From: Nanoarchaeum equitans Kin4-M
GTDB taxonomy: Archaea > Nanobdellota > Nanobdellia > Nanobdellales > Nanoarchaeaceae
Direction of reading: 5' to 3'
Length of the DNA: 32,000 bases
NCBI GenBank assembly: GCA_000008085.1
Contig: AE017199.1
Span: 90,001 to 122,000, forward strand
Every line of letters starts with the position of its first letter. Position 1 is the first letter of the stretch. The notes under the pieces are model-generated. The model worked only from the letters and a program-made list of their open reading frames with translations, was not told the origin of the DNA and made no database searches. Made by a program: the position numbers and the translations under genes. Positions 8,041 through 17,637 of the stretch are shown piece after piece.

Positions 8041-8417
8041 TGCTTGTTAGATTTGAATTCGTTATATATTTCTTCGAAAGGCTTTTCCCCATATTTTACT
8101 ATAACTGTGTTTACTTGTACAATCTCATCGCTTATCGTATTGCCGTATACTGTTTTTTTAACCCTCATTCTTTTGTCCACCCACCACCAAATTTTTTTCC
8201 TTACTGCGCCTTCAACTTCTTTTCTCATAGGAAATCCAGCGATATCGCTACCCCCAGTTATTTTTAATTCATATCCATCTAAACCTATTTTAGAACCATC
8301 AATTGTATCGCCAATTTTTTTGCCATATAGCCATTGGGGTTCTTTAGTTTCTATTTGTATTGCTTTCCCACTTTTAGGATCACTTACTACTATTTTAACT
8401 ACAGATGCTTTTGGCAT
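8037..8417 (-). CDS. rps6e: 30S ribosomal protein S6e (eS6)
   Basis: KIVVSDPKSGKAIQIE...GKKIGDTIDGSKIGLDGYELKITGGSDIAGFPMRKEVEGAVRKK...KTVYGNTISDEIVQVNTVIVKYGEKP. Confidence 0.95.
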   Translation of the reverse strand: MPKASVVKIVVSDPKSGKAIQIETKEPQWLYGKKIGDTIDGSKIGLDGYELKITGGSDIAGFPMRKEVEGAVRKKIWWWVDKRMRVKKTVYGNTISDEIVQVNTVIVKYGEKPFEEIYNEFKSNKQ

Positions 8418-8436
8418 TTGCTTTCAATTAATATAC

Positions 8437-8444
8437 CTTTAAAG
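8437..8444. promoter_or_regulatory. Palindromic CTTTAAAG TATA-like element shared by divergent genes
   Basis: Centre 8440.5 is 23.5 bp from the eS6 start (8417) and 24.5 bp from ATG 8465. Confidence 0.5.
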
Positions 8445-8464
8445 AGGTACTTATAGAGAAAACA

Positions 8465-8599
8465 ATGATACCTTATATTCTATATATAGTTCCTATATTG
8501 CTAGGGATAGTCTTTTCTTTATATGAAGTACTGCCATTAATTAGTTCCCCTTACTCGGACCCTTTGTTTATACAGTTTGTTCTTCCAGCACTAGAATAA
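8465..8599 (+). CDS. N-terminal TM segment of a probably frameshifted gene (44 aa)
   Basis: MIPYILYIVPILLGIVFSLYEVLPLISSPYSDPLFIQFVLPALE*. The ATG is placed correctly relative to the shared TATA. The downstream ORF continues in the -1 frame. Confidence 0.45.
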   Translation: MIPYILYIVPILLGIVFSLYEVLPLISSPYSDPLFIQFVLPALE

Positions 8600-8706
8600 G
8601 TGGGAGCTTAGCTGATTTATTAAGTGTTGGAGAGAAAAAAATAGGTTTTACTTTTAACCCTTCAGAATATTGCTTCCAAAAAGTATACTTAATTCCAGAA
8701 TTTGAT

Positions 8707-9819
8707 TTGGAAACAAAGAGAGCATGTGATTTAATAAAAAAATACGATTCTCGTTTATACAATTATTTCGAATCAGAATACGGCCCTTGTAGTAATAAAA
8801 AAGAATGGGCCGAACTATATGTTAGTTTAGTATTGGCCCAACTATCAGCTTTGTGCTACAAATATTACTATGGAACCCATCCTGAAGATAAATTCCATTA
8901 CAATGTTTTCCCATGCTTTTATGTTTATATCGATGGCAAATATAATGTAAAAGAATACGAAATAACACTATTACAAATTTTGAAAGGCTATTATTTTAAT
9001 TATATAGTAAAATCAGAAGGAGATCTTGCTAGTAGTTTATACAAATTCGTATCTAAATTTGTAAACATAAAAAAAATTGACAATAAAATATTGATTAATA
9101 ACAAATTCGAGAAAAAGGATATTGTTTATTATGATGCTAGCAATGATAAGGACGAAATAAATATTAACAACAATGGAATCTTAATAGCATATGTTGATGG
9201 GCTTGAAAGTTATTCCATAAGCGAAACCCCCTCGATATTAATGGGTTTAACTGGATCTATCATTATAGAAGCTGCTATAGATTCTATCACTTTTAAGGGT
9301 AGTTCTATATTTAAAGCTGCATACAAAAGATTGAAAGACCTTGGAGAAGAAGAGGCTAAGAGGGTTATAAAAATGTTTTTCAAATCTTTAAATAAAGTAA
9401 CAAAAGAGTTGAGAACTAAATATATATACTCTATTTTAGATTCTATTATGGATACGGAAACCTATAGAGGTTATTTGAAAAAGATAAGAGAAAAAGCTTT
9501 AGAATTTAATCCCATGGGTACAGTAATTGTTGCAAGTTTGCCTAATATAAATATAGATATGTCTCAAATTTTATCCAACTATATAAGCGAATCTAAAGAT
9601 GTAACAAAAAATACTATTACTTTAGAATTGAAACCAGGTATTAATCTAAGGCTTTGCTATTGTAATCAAAATGGTTGTTTAGTAGGTAATTCCGAATCGC
9701 TAAAATTTAAATGCGAAGGAGAAATGATATATGGTTTATGCGATAGCGAACCAGGGGAATATATTGTTGCACCAATTATATATTACAAAAAAATAAACTG
9801 CGATGAGGGTAAAAGTTAA
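8707..9819 (+). CDS. Uncharacterised protein, probable continuation of the 8465 ORF, with Cys-containing C-terminal region
   Basis: The frame is open from 8545 without an ATG, GTG or TTG before the TTG at 8707. In-frame upstream sequence (ISGSLADLLSVGEKKIGFTFNPSEYCFQKVYLIPEFDLETKRAC...) looks protein-like. Confidence 0.6.
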   Translation: METKRACDLIKKYDSRLYNYFESEYGPCSNKKEWAELYVSLVLAQLSALCYKYYYGTHPEDKFHYNVFPCFYVYIDGKYNVKEYEITLLQILKGYYFNYIVKSEGDLASSLYKFVSKFVNIKKIDNKILINNKFEKKDIVYYDASNDKDEININNNGILIAYVDGLESYSISETPSILMGLTGSIIIEAAIDSITFKGSSIFKAAYKRLKDLGEEEAKRVIKMFFKSLNKVTKELRTKYIYSILDSIMDTETYRGYLKKIREKALEFNPMGTVIVASLPNINIDMSQILSNYISESKDVTKNTITLELKPGINLRLCYCNQNGCLVGNSESLKFKCEGEMIYGLCDSEPGEYIVAPIIYYKKINCDEGKS

Positions 9820-10720
9820 AGATGATAAAGTACAACTATATATAGAGGATTACGAGGATCTAGTTGATTTGTTTTTGACAATAGAAAAAGGCGATATTAT
9901 TTGTGCTAAAGTCCCTATAGTTATAAAAAAAGAGTATGAAAAAGAGAAAACCGTTAAATATGTCTGTATAGAGGTTGAAGAGTTAAAATTAGATCCTTAT
10001 TATGGATTAAGGATTTATGGTAGAATAGTTAAAGGCGACAAAGATGTTCCTTTAACTAAAATGTCCATAAATTTAAATGTTGGTAAAACTATAGAAACCC
10101 AATATAATGAAAAATGGTTAAAATTTAAACCAAAAAATGTTGTATATGTTTTGTGTGTTGACGATGAAAAGGGAGTATTAGCGGAAATATATAGAAACAA
10201 ATATAAAATAATAAAAGAGTATTATAGAGAAGGCGAATTAAGTGATTTTATAGATCAAATACTAAAAGACATAAAAGAGAACACAATAGTATGCGGGCCA
10301 AACTTTATTAGAGATATTATCTCTTCGAAAGCGAATGTGCCATCAATCTATGCTTCCTATGGGGGAGAAGAAGGAATTAGAGAACTATTGAAAAACAAGG
10401 AATTCTTTAATTTGATAAAAGATGAAATAGAGAAACAAAAAATAGAGAAATTGGAAAAAGCGTTCCAGCTATTATATAAAGGGCAAATCTCTATTGGAGA
10501 AGAAGCCATAGAGGACATAAAAATTGGGAATGTAGAAGAGGTTTATGTCCATAGGGATTATTTAAAAAGGCTTAAAGAGAGAAAAGAAGAAGATCTATTA
10601 AATACAATCCTGGTTTTGCCCAAAAAATATAACGCCAAAATCTATATAATAGAGGGCGATAGTGATTTGGCAAAACAATTGTATTTTCTAAAAGTCATTG
10701 TGAAGAAAAGATGGTTTTAA
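9803..10720 (+). CDS. pelA: Pelota/Dom34-like mRNA surveillance protein (divergent)
   Basis: YIEDYEDLVDLFLTIEKGDIICAKVPIVIK...KYVCIEVEELKLDPYYGLRIYGRIVKG matches the Pelota N-domain pattern. GEEAIEDIKIGNVEEVYV matches the C-terminal domain pattern. Confidence 0.8.
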   Translation: MRVKVKDDKVQLYIEDYEDLVDLFLTIEKGDIICAKVPIVIKKEYEKEKTVKYVCIEVEELKLDPYYGLRIYGRIVKGDKDVPLTKMSINLNVGKTIETQYNEKWLKFKPKNVVYVLCVDDEKGVLAEIYRNKYKIIKEYYREGELSDFIDQILKDIKENTIVCGPNFIRDIISSKANVPSIYASYGGEEGIRELLKNKEFFNLIKDEIEKQKIEKLEKAFQLLYKGQISIGEEAIEDIKIGNVEEVYVHRDYLKRLKERKEEDLLNTILVLPKKYNAKIYIIEGDSDLAKQLYFLKVIVKKRWF

Positions 10721-11753
10721 TTATATAATAGGGAGCGTTAGTTCTTATACCATTTTCGCTAAAATGTGTTCTCTCTACTTTATAACCCAATTCCTTTAGT
10801 TTTTCCATTATTTTATCCATAGGAGGAATGTTAGTTTTTAAGGCCTTAGCTATAGATGGCAATTCATAATAATAGGGTTTATCTATTTCGGATTCTTCGT
10901 TAATTCTTTCTATTATTTTGTTTGATTGCTTATTGAAATAATCCCTTTTATCTAATTTTATTGCCCATAGCTTTCCCAAATATAAGGGACCTATTCTAAA
11001 CATTTTTCTTTTACAATAGGGACATACGCTTTCGCTTTCCGATATATAATAGCATTTAGGGCAATAATATAAATAACCTATTTGAGATTTCAGTTTTTCT
11101 ATTCTATTTGATCCTTTTCTTTTAAGCATGTATACCCTATAATAATGGTAAGCGCTATGCGCATAAATTGGAATTAAAGCTCTCTCGATTTCGGCGCCTT
11201 TGTTTATTAGATGGGCCACCAACCCTCTTACTCCAATTTCGTGTTTGATTGGGGTTTTTATTACATTAAAATTGTATCTTATGTAGGCTTTCCTATGCTT
11301 TTCCCCGGTCCAAACTGCTGTGTCTGTATAGGTTATAGCCAAATATTTAGAAGTATTGTTTATTAAATACAAATAAGGAGTTGCAGAGCCGAATGGATCT
11401 ATATCTATATATTCATATTTTTGCTCTATCGCTCTAGCATCTAAATTAGAAATAATTATCTTTCCTTCTTTTATATTGTTTAATTCCAAATTCTTTTTTA
11501 TATATTCGATAGCGATTGGATTTATATCATTAAAATGCACTTCCCTTATATTTGATTCTAAATAGTATCTAATCCCCCTAATACCGCTAGCGCTCATTGG
11601 GTCTAAAACATTTTTTATCCCTAATTTGCTAGCTACTTCTACCGCTATATCTCTTCCTATAGAAGACAATGGATTATAAAATACGGGCATCTCTTTCGAT
11701 ATATTATTATAATCGGGAATCTCTATTTTTGCTAGCCCTTCTTTTATAATCAT
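10695..11753 (-). CDS. trm1: tRNA (guanine26-N2)-dimethyltransferase Trm1
   Basis: MPVFYNP, VLDPMSASGIRGIRYYLE, NDINPIAIEYIKKNLE, DIDPFGSATPYL, and the C-terminal YYCPKCYYIS...CPYCKRKM zinc ribbon. Confidence 0.92.
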   Translation of the reverse strand: MIIKEGLAKIEIPDYNNISKEMPVFYNPLSSIGRDIAVEVASKLGIKNVLDPMSASGIRGIRYYLESNIREVHFNDINPIAIEYIKKNLELNNIKEGKIIISNLDARAIEQKYEYIDIDPFGSATPYLYLINNTSKYLAITYTDTAVWTGEKHRKAYIRYNFNVIKTPIKHEIGVRGLVAHLINKGAEIERALIPIYAHSAYHYYRVYMLKRKGSNRIEKLKSQIGYLYYCPKCYYISESESVCPYCKRKMFRIGPLYLGKLWAIKLDKRDYFNKQSNKIIERINEESEIDKPYYYELPSIAKALKTNIPPMDKIMEKLKELGYKVERTHFSENGIRTNAPYYIIKTIFSSQ

Positions 11754-13012
11754 ATGCTAAAACTTGTAAGTGCAATAATTAAATGTGTTTTGTCTTTGGT
11801 ATAATTATAATATTCCAAATTCGTATATCCCCATAAAGAGAAATGCTTTTGATAGTATGGTAATACTGATAACAATTTTTTATCTGAAACATTATAGGTT
11901 AGTAAAACAGTTGCATATACCTTAAACAAAGTTTTCTCCACATCATAATAACAGGTTAGCTTATTGATTTTTGTCTCAAAAGGATAGTATATATAATAAG
12001 TGGAAAGATCCATGTTTGGACAATAATTCTTTATACCAGTAGTATTGCCAACAAATTTTAACCAACCTTTTACTGTTTGTAAACGCCAATAGGAATAACT
12101 GGTATTATTTATGTTTTGCTCTGCATCTTTTAATCTATCTAAAGCCATTCCTAATGCTTCAGCATCATATATTGTTAATACCTTATTCTTGATTTTTTCT
12201 ATTTTTTTCTTTATTTCTCTTATTTCTTCAGCAATTTCCAATTTTGTATGGTTTTTATCGTATTTGTAATTAGCTATAAAGCAAAAAGATGCCGCGCTAT
12301 AGTAATGGCCTTTCTTAATTGCTTCTAAAGCTTTTTGGAATTCCTTTGAATTTGGTGCTATGCTTTCAGTTTTATTACAAAGTTCTAAAGTTATTTCTCT
12401 CATAATTTTGTTATACCATTCGGGGATTTTCAGTTTATGCTTTTTCGCCAAATCTCTTTTTGTTATAAATTTATACACTTCGAAAACATTGTTAAAATAT
12501 AAGCCTTTCTTAAAGTTCTCGTTTCCATGAATAAGGGTTTTATTATTTTTTAATACTGCTTCATATTTTTTATCAATACCAGAAACTGCTCCAATAATAC
12601 CAAAAGGCAATATTACTCCGGTAAAAACATAATTTCTTACATCGAAATGCGGAGCAGTTATCAATAATAGTTTGCCTATAGTTAAAGCTAACCCTGCAGA
12701 GCTACCAGAAGAATAATAGCTATTGCTTTCAAAACTAATTTTGTATTGGTATATATTTTCTATTCCTATACTTTTAATAAATTCATCGGACATTTTTATC
12801 GAATATTGGAAATTGTTATCTATATAGGAGTTTAAGTTAACATAATTGCCTTGTCCAATAGTTGCTTCTATTTTTATTGGTACTATTTCTGCACTATTGT
12901 TTGTTATTGCCACAGCATTTATTTCTATATACCTATGGGTTTGGAATAGTATAAAAGACATTAGCAATAAACTAGAGATAGAGGCATAAATTAGAATATC
13001 TTTTGAATTCAT
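11750..13012 (-). CDS. Membrane-anchored Lon-like (S16-type fold) serine protease family protein
   Basis: N-terminal TM helix, SSGSSAGLALTIGKLLL (Ser), VFTGVILPFGIIGAVSGIDKKYEA (Lys) and a long helical C-terminus. Resembles COG1750. Confidence 0.7.
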   Translation of the reverse strand: MNSKDILIYASISSLLLMSFILFQTHRYIEINAVAITNNSAEIVPIKIEATIGQGNYVNLNSYIDNNFQYSIKMSDEFIKSIGIENIYQYKISFESNSYYSSGSSAGLALTIGKLLLITAPHFDVRNYVFTGVILPFGIIGAVSGIDKKYEAVLKNNKTLIHGNENFKKGLYFNNVFEVYKFITKRDLAKKHKLKIPEWYNKIMREITLELCNKTESIAPNSKEFQKALEAIKKGHYYSAASFCFIANYKYDKNHTKLEIAEEIREIKKKIEKIKNKVLTIYDAEALGMALDRLKDAEQNINNTSYSYWRLQTVKGWLKFVGNTTGIKNYCPNMDLSTYYIYYPFETKINKLTCYYDVEKTLFKVYATVLLTYNVSDKKLLSVLPYYQKHFSLWGYTNLEYYNYTKDKTHLIIALTSFSI

Positions 13013-13665
13013 AATTTTTTATACAAATCGAAAGCTAGATCTATTAACTCTTCTATCTCATTTTCATCGAAGCTACCATAGTCTTTTTGTATGCTAACAA
13101 TGTTTTCCCCATCTATTGCGATACTAATTTTGGCATTGCTAATTTGTTCTTCTTCTTTTGTTGGGTCTACAAATATTATGTTTTTGTATTTGTAAAAGCT
13201 TATATATAGGGGTTTTCTCTCTAATAGGTTAGCTTTTTCCAATAGTTTTACTACTGCTAACATTGATGCGTCTAAAATATTGCCATCGTCTTCTAAAACG
13301 ATAACATCAATATAGAAAGATTTTACTTTGTTTTCATCAATAACATGTTTTTCTAAGGCTATAGCATTAGAGCTTCTTAATGCCCTATCTATTAATCGAG
13401 CCAATATTAAATCTTGTTCTGTCGGAGGGCCTTGGAAATATTCTTTCCCCGCAATAGGAGAGAAATCAGCATTAACTATTAGATTGGCTTTACCCTTTTC
13501 CATAGGCTCTTCTTCACTAATAGATAGGCCTGCAATAACTTGGGTATTGCCTAAAGAAAGCCATACCCTATTTTGGTCTTCTTTTATTTTTATGGGCCTA
13601 TATTCTAATAAAGGTCTATTATCTATATGGAAACCATCCATTAGTTTTTGCTCTATATAATGCAT
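13009..13665 (-). CDS. rrp42: Exosome complex subunit Rrp42 (RNase PH fold)
   Basis: DNRPLLEYRPIKI, GNTQVIAGLSI, LARLIDRALRSSNAI, and VDPTKEEE, which is characteristic of Rrp42. Confidence 0.88.
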   Translation of the reverse strand: MHYIEQKLMDGFHIDNRPLLEYRPIKIKEDQNRVWLSLGNTQVIAGLSISEEEPMEKGKANLIVNADFSPIAGKEYFQGPPTEQDLILARLIDRALRSSNAIALEKHVIDENKVKSFYIDVIVLEDDGNILDASMLAVVKLLEKANLLERKPLYISFYKYKNIIFVDPTKEEEQISNAKISIAIDGENIVSIQKDYGSFDENEIEELIDLAFDLYKKL

Positions 13666-13691
13666 TCATCTCTAAAACTAAATAATTTAAA

Positions 13692-14675
13692 TTATTTTGT
13701 GTATATTATTACTCTATCGTAATGCTCTAATCTATGGTCTAACCCAACTCTTTGGCCTTGGTGTTTGACGCTTTTGCCCCAAACCCTCGCAAATCTAAAG
13801 TTTTTTAGCATATCTTTATGTATTCGTTCGACTAAATCTTTTACTGTAGAGCCTTTATCTAATACTAAACCATTCTCTGTATCTTTAGTGAAAACCAAAA
13901 TTTTGTTAGCCCTTTTAATTATTTCTTCCCCGATATTATCTATTTTCTCTTTAGTTAAATCTATATAAGGTTTATGAGATGAACCTTCCAAATAATCAAT
14001 TAAATCTGAGATAGTTGCTTCTTTGTATGCTATTACAGTTGCATTGTATATCCCATAGTTTTTTAGAATTTCACTTACTATTTCTTTTGTAGCTTTTAAT
14101 GGACCCATAATTTTTATTCCTCCTGTGGGTTCTTTTATTATTTTGATTTTGTTTTCTTTTTCTCCTAATTTTATGCCCATCTTTTCTAAAAACCGCTTTC
14201 CTTCTTCGTCAAACAATATAATAAGATCAGCATTTTTCAACAAATAGCTATACTCTTTAGGAAAATGGCTTGGATATTCTATTAGTTGGATTTTTGCACC
14301 TTTGTAATTGTATATAACGCTAATTGGTTGGACTGTTTCATATGGCAATTCTGTTGAAGGAAAATCAGTATTAACTAATTGGTTTATAAAATATGTTTTC
14401 CCACTATTGGGCCCCCCAACTAATACAACCATTATGTCACCTTCTTTGGAGATACCTTTCTTTGATAATTTTTTAGCTTCCTCTTTCTTTTTTTCAATCT
14501 CTTGCCTAGTTTTGGATATCTCTTTTTTAAGTAAAGCTAATAGCTTTTCTGTACCTTTGTGTTTTGGACATAGATATAGAGCTTCGTATAGATATTTTAG
14601 CCTTTCCTCTAAAGTTTTGGCAGCTTTAGCTTTTTCCCAAGCTTTTATAAATTCTGGTGTTAGATTAGCTGGCAT
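13692..14675 (-). CDS. DRG/Obg-like protein with C-terminal TGS domain; G3 and G4 motifs degenerate
   Basis: MPANLTPEFIKAWEKAKAAKTLEERLKYLYEAL, GGPNSGKT, GAKIQLIEYPS (normally DTPG), VWGKSVKHQGQRVGLDHRLEHYDRVII. Confidence 0.82.
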   Translation of the reverse strand: MPANLTPEFIKAWEKAKAAKTLEERLKYLYEALYLCPKHKGTEKLLALLKKEISKTRQEIEKKKEEAKKLSKKGISKEGDIMVVLVGGPNSGKTYFINQLVNTDFPSTELPYETVQPISVIYNYKGAKIQLIEYPSHFPKEYSYLLKNADLIILFDEEGKRFLEKMGIKLGEKENKIKIIKEPTGGIKIMGPLKATKEIVSEILKNYGIYNATVIAYKEATISDLIDYLEGSSHKPYIDLTKEKIDNIGEEIIKRANKILVFTKDTENGLVLDKGSTVKDLVERIHKDMLKNFRFARVWGKSVKHQGQRVGLDHRLEHYDRVIIYTK

Positions 14676-15105
14676 TTAGCTTTTCTTCCAAATGTTTAAT
14701 TATTTCGTCCCTTTTCATATAACCGGGAAAGCTTATTCTTATATATAATACATCTCCTCCTTCTGTGGGGATTAGTTTGTCTTTTCTTAAGAAATAGTCT
14801 TTATCAAACCTTAAATACAATACATTATTCTCCCATCTAAGTTTTATGTAGTCTAAAAATTCTTTTTTATCCTCAATCCTTTTAATTATTTCTTCCAAAA
14901 TTTTCTTTATTACTTTGTTTTTGCTAGTTTTGATTTCTAAAGTATATAATTTATCTGATACCAACCCAGTGCTAGATCTTATCTCTATTAAAGGTTTATC
15001 CTTTTTGTCTAATTCTTTTATGAATCGATTTAGTGATTCTTTTAATTCTTCCAAATCATCCCAGTCATAGCCTATAATTCTTATTATTATGTTTTCATAT
15101 TTCAT
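14665..15105 (-). CDS. Small RNA-binding/exosome-associated-like protein (COG1325-type, tentative)
   Basis: LYTLEIKTSKNKVIKKILEEI...NVLYLRFDKDYFLRKDKLIPTEGGDVLYIRI pattern. It sits in the same operon as rrp42. Confidence 0.45.
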   Translation of the reverse strand: MKYENIIIRIIGYDWDDLEELKESLNRFIKELDKKDKPLIEIRSSTGLVSDKLYTLEIKTSKNKVIKKILEEIIKRIEDKKEFLDYIKLRWENNVLYLRFDKDYFLRKDKLIPTEGGDVLYIRISFPGYMKRDEIIKHLEEKLNAS

Positions 15106-15114
15106 TATAGGGCT

Positions 15115-16176
15115 TTATTGTATTAGTTTAAGGGCTTTCTGCCAGTCCTTCCTATCGACAAAATAATAATAGCCATACAATTGGTTATCGATGTATTCTA
15201 AATATTTTGCCACTTGCGATACTTCTGTTATCGGTTTTATTTCATTATCATATATTTTTATGTCCTCTATTTTGTTTTTAGAGACTATTCTAATTTTATA
15301 ATAATTGATATTGCTTTTTTCCAATTGCTCTTCCAAATCTTCGTTTTCTTCATTGTATTTAGCGAGAAGCTTAGGTAAATCCCTATTTTCTATTCTTTCC
15401 CATTCCCCTATTTTATAATATTTAAACAATCCAACTAATTCATAATCGTTCATTAATGCTATTTCCATTGGCTTATAATAATCCAACAATTTTGTTATTG
15501 CTCTCTCTAATAAAACATCACCAGCTAAACTAGATTTATGGAAATAAACTGTTTTTCTTAAATGGCTCCTTAATATTAAAATTTGTTCTATCAAAGATAA
15601 GGCTTTCTCTCTAAAAGCATAGGTATTATCGATTTTAACGATATTTTTTATAACATAATGATAATTTATATTTGGATTGCCATTTGCAGAATAATAGGAA
15701 TCTCTTTGCAAATAGTCTAACCTATCTGTGCCTAAGCTAAAAGTAACTATGTTTTCTCCAATAATCCCTTTGTATATCTCATTTATAGTGTAACCTAAAC
15801 TTTCTATTTCTTCTTTCAATGTTTCTAACCAATAGTATGATAATTCCTCATGATTTTTGTTTAGATATTTTTGCAATGCCATTTCCCCTGTATGGGAGAA
15901 TGGGCAATGCCCTATATCATGCAATAAACCAACTAAAGAATAGTATGTTGTATCCAAATCTAATTGGTTTGCTAATAGTTTTGTTAAATAGTATACTCCT
16001 AAAGAATGTTCAAATCTCGTATGGTTCATAGATGGATAAGCCAAATAAGTCAAAGCAGTTTGTTTTATATATCTAAGCCTTTGGAATGCTTTGCTATCTA
16101 TTATAGGTTTTAGTTTGTCATCAACTTCTATAATTCTATATATAGGATCTGCGATTATCATAATTCCCATTCCCAC
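15115..16176 (-). CDS. HD-superfamily phosphohydrolase (COG1078-like)
   Basis: FQRLRYIKQTALTYLAYPSMNHTRFEHSLGVYYL and LVGLLHDIGHCPFSHTGE. Confidence 0.88.
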   Translation of the reverse strand: MGMGIMIIADPIYRIIEVDDKLKPIIDSKAFQRLRYIKQTALTYLAYPSMNHTRFEHSLGVYYLTKLLANQLDLDTTYYSLVGLLHDIGHCPFSHTGEMALQKYLNKNHEELSYYWLETLKEEIESLGYTINEIYKGIIGENIVTFSLGTDRLDYLQRDSYYSANGNPNINYHYVIKNIVKIDNTYAFREKALSLIEQILILRSHLRKTVYFHKSSLAGDVLLERAITKLLDYYKPMEIALMNDYELVGLFKYYKIGEWERIENRDLPKLLAKYNEENEDLEEQLEKSNINYYKIRIVSKNKIEDIKIYDNEIKPITEVSQVAKYLEYIDNQLYGYYYFVDRKDWQKALKLIQ

Positions 16177-17291
16177 ATTTGTTTAGCTAACTTCCCATCG
16201 TAGAAATATTTATTTATATCTACTTTTTTAGCTTTCTCTTGTAAATCTTTTAAGAAACGCCATATCTTTTCGATAGCGTATTGCTTTAGTTCCCCAGTAG
16301 TTAGTGTGCCTTCTCTATAGGATTGTTCCAACTCTTTCAATTTTTTTGTATCTTCCTCAAACAATGCTTTCAACCAAAAGAACACAACATCTATATCTGG
16401 GTTTCCTCCATATTTTCTATGTAATTCCAAAGTAGGTTGCCCTCCAGAAAAGGCTTTCATTATTTTTCTTTTTACTTCTTCATAGCTATCATCTAAAAAT
16501 ATTGCCGAATCTGGATCGGAAGAGGACATTTTAGTATATGGCCCCCTTAATCCCCAAATCATTTTGCTTAATATTTCTGCAGCTTTGTATTTATTTAGTT
16601 TTGGAGCTATGTCTCTTTGAAGTCTAAAATATGGGTCTTGGTCTATACCTGCAGGTATTAGGGGCCTTTTGTTTTCGAAAAATGTTGGTACTATTTGTAA
16701 TACTGTATAAAATACTAAACCCACAGAAGTGCTATCATTAAACCCAAATACTGCTCTCGCTTGTGATAAATTAATGTGCCTCGCAATTGGTATCGCTGCA
16801 GAGTATAAATGTTTTATATATTCAGAATTAATGAACATAAAAGTTTTGTCTGGGTCGAAGCCCAATGCCGCAATATATTTTGCATGCATTTCTTTTATTT
16901 TTCTTCTAACCTCTTTATAATCATCAACTTTTTTAGCCCAATATTTTTCTTCGTCTGGAAACATTATATATACATTAACATCAAATTTCTCTTGGAACCA
17001 CCTAGTTAATATAAAAGGAACTAAATGTCCTATATGCATTTTCCCTTTGCTTGGAGCTATGCCTGTATATAAAAAGAAGCCTCTTCCTTCTTCGTAGTCC
17101 TTTAATACCAAATCTAAATCTCTATGGGCATAAAATATGTTTCTCTCAATCAATGGGTGCAATTCCTTTGTATATTCTTTTAGTTTTTCCTTTAATTTTT
17201 CATCGATAGGTTTTACCCCAAAAATTTCTATTAATCTTTGGTAGTCGCTTTCATCTTTTATTTGAACCTCCCAGGGAGTAACTTTTGCCAT
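16158..17291 (-). CDS. trpS: Tryptophanyl-tRNA synthetase
   Basis: YTGIAPSKGKMHIGHLVPFILTRWFQ, GIDQDPYFRLQRDIAPKL, KMSSSDPDSAIFL. Confidence 0.95.
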   Translation of the reverse strand: MAKVTPWEVQIKDESDYQRLIEIFGVKPIDEKLKEKLKEYTKELHPLIERNIFYAHRDLDLVLKDYEEGRGFFLYTGIAPSKGKMHIGHLVPFILTRWFQEKFDVNVYIMFPDEEKYWAKKVDDYKEVRRKIKEMHAKYIAALGFDPDKTFMFINSEYIKHLYSAAIPIARHINLSQARAVFGFNDSTSVGLVFYTVLQIVPTFFENKRPLIPAGIDQDPYFRLQRDIAPKLNKYKAAEILSKMIWGLRGPYTKMSSSDPDSAIFLDDSYEEVKRKIMKAFSGGQPTLELHRKYGGNPDIDVVFFWLKALFEEDTKKLKELEQSYREGTLTTGELKQYAIEKIWRFLKDLQEKAKKVDINKYFYDGKLAKQMWEWEL

Positions 17292-17308
17292 TCAAAAAAG
17301 ATAAAAAA

Positions 17309-17318
17309 TTTTATAAAA
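17309..17318. promoter_or_regulatory. Palindromic TTTTATAAAA TATA element shared by divergent genes
   Basis: Centre 17313.5 is 22.5 bp from the trpS start (17291) and 24.5 bp from ATG 17338. Confidence 0.6.
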
Positions 17319-17337
17319 AATGTTTTTGTTCCCCAAA

Positions 17338-17637
17338 ATGAAATGTGATTCCTATTGCGCATTTTGGATTATTTTTATAGTTAGCATAATAGTATGGAAT
17401 TTGGCCCCTTTTTATAAAGGGTTGTTAACATTTATATCAATAATTGTTACCCTCTTGTTGATAATAAGATTATTCTATTGGAAAAAAGTGAAACAAATAA
17501 TAAAGCTATATCAAATGCAGGCCAAACTATCTAAAGCTTTGAAAGAAGGCAAAATAAATATGGAAGATCTCGCTAAGGAATTGGATTTATCTATAATGGA
17601 TGAGCTTTTAAAAGATCTCATGAGGAAGAAAAAATGA
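17338..17637 (+). CDS. Small two-TM membrane protein with cytoplasmic helix
   Basis: The ORF track starts at 17320, but the TATA position favours ATG 17338 (MKCDSYCAFWIIFIVSIIVWNLAPFYKGLLTFISIIVTLLLIIRLFYW...). Confidence 0.55.
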   Translation: MKCDSYCAFWIIFIVSIIVWNLAPFYKGLLTFISIIVTLLLIIRLFYWKKVKQIIKLYQMQAKLSKALKEGKINMEDLAKELDLSIMDELLKDLMRKKK

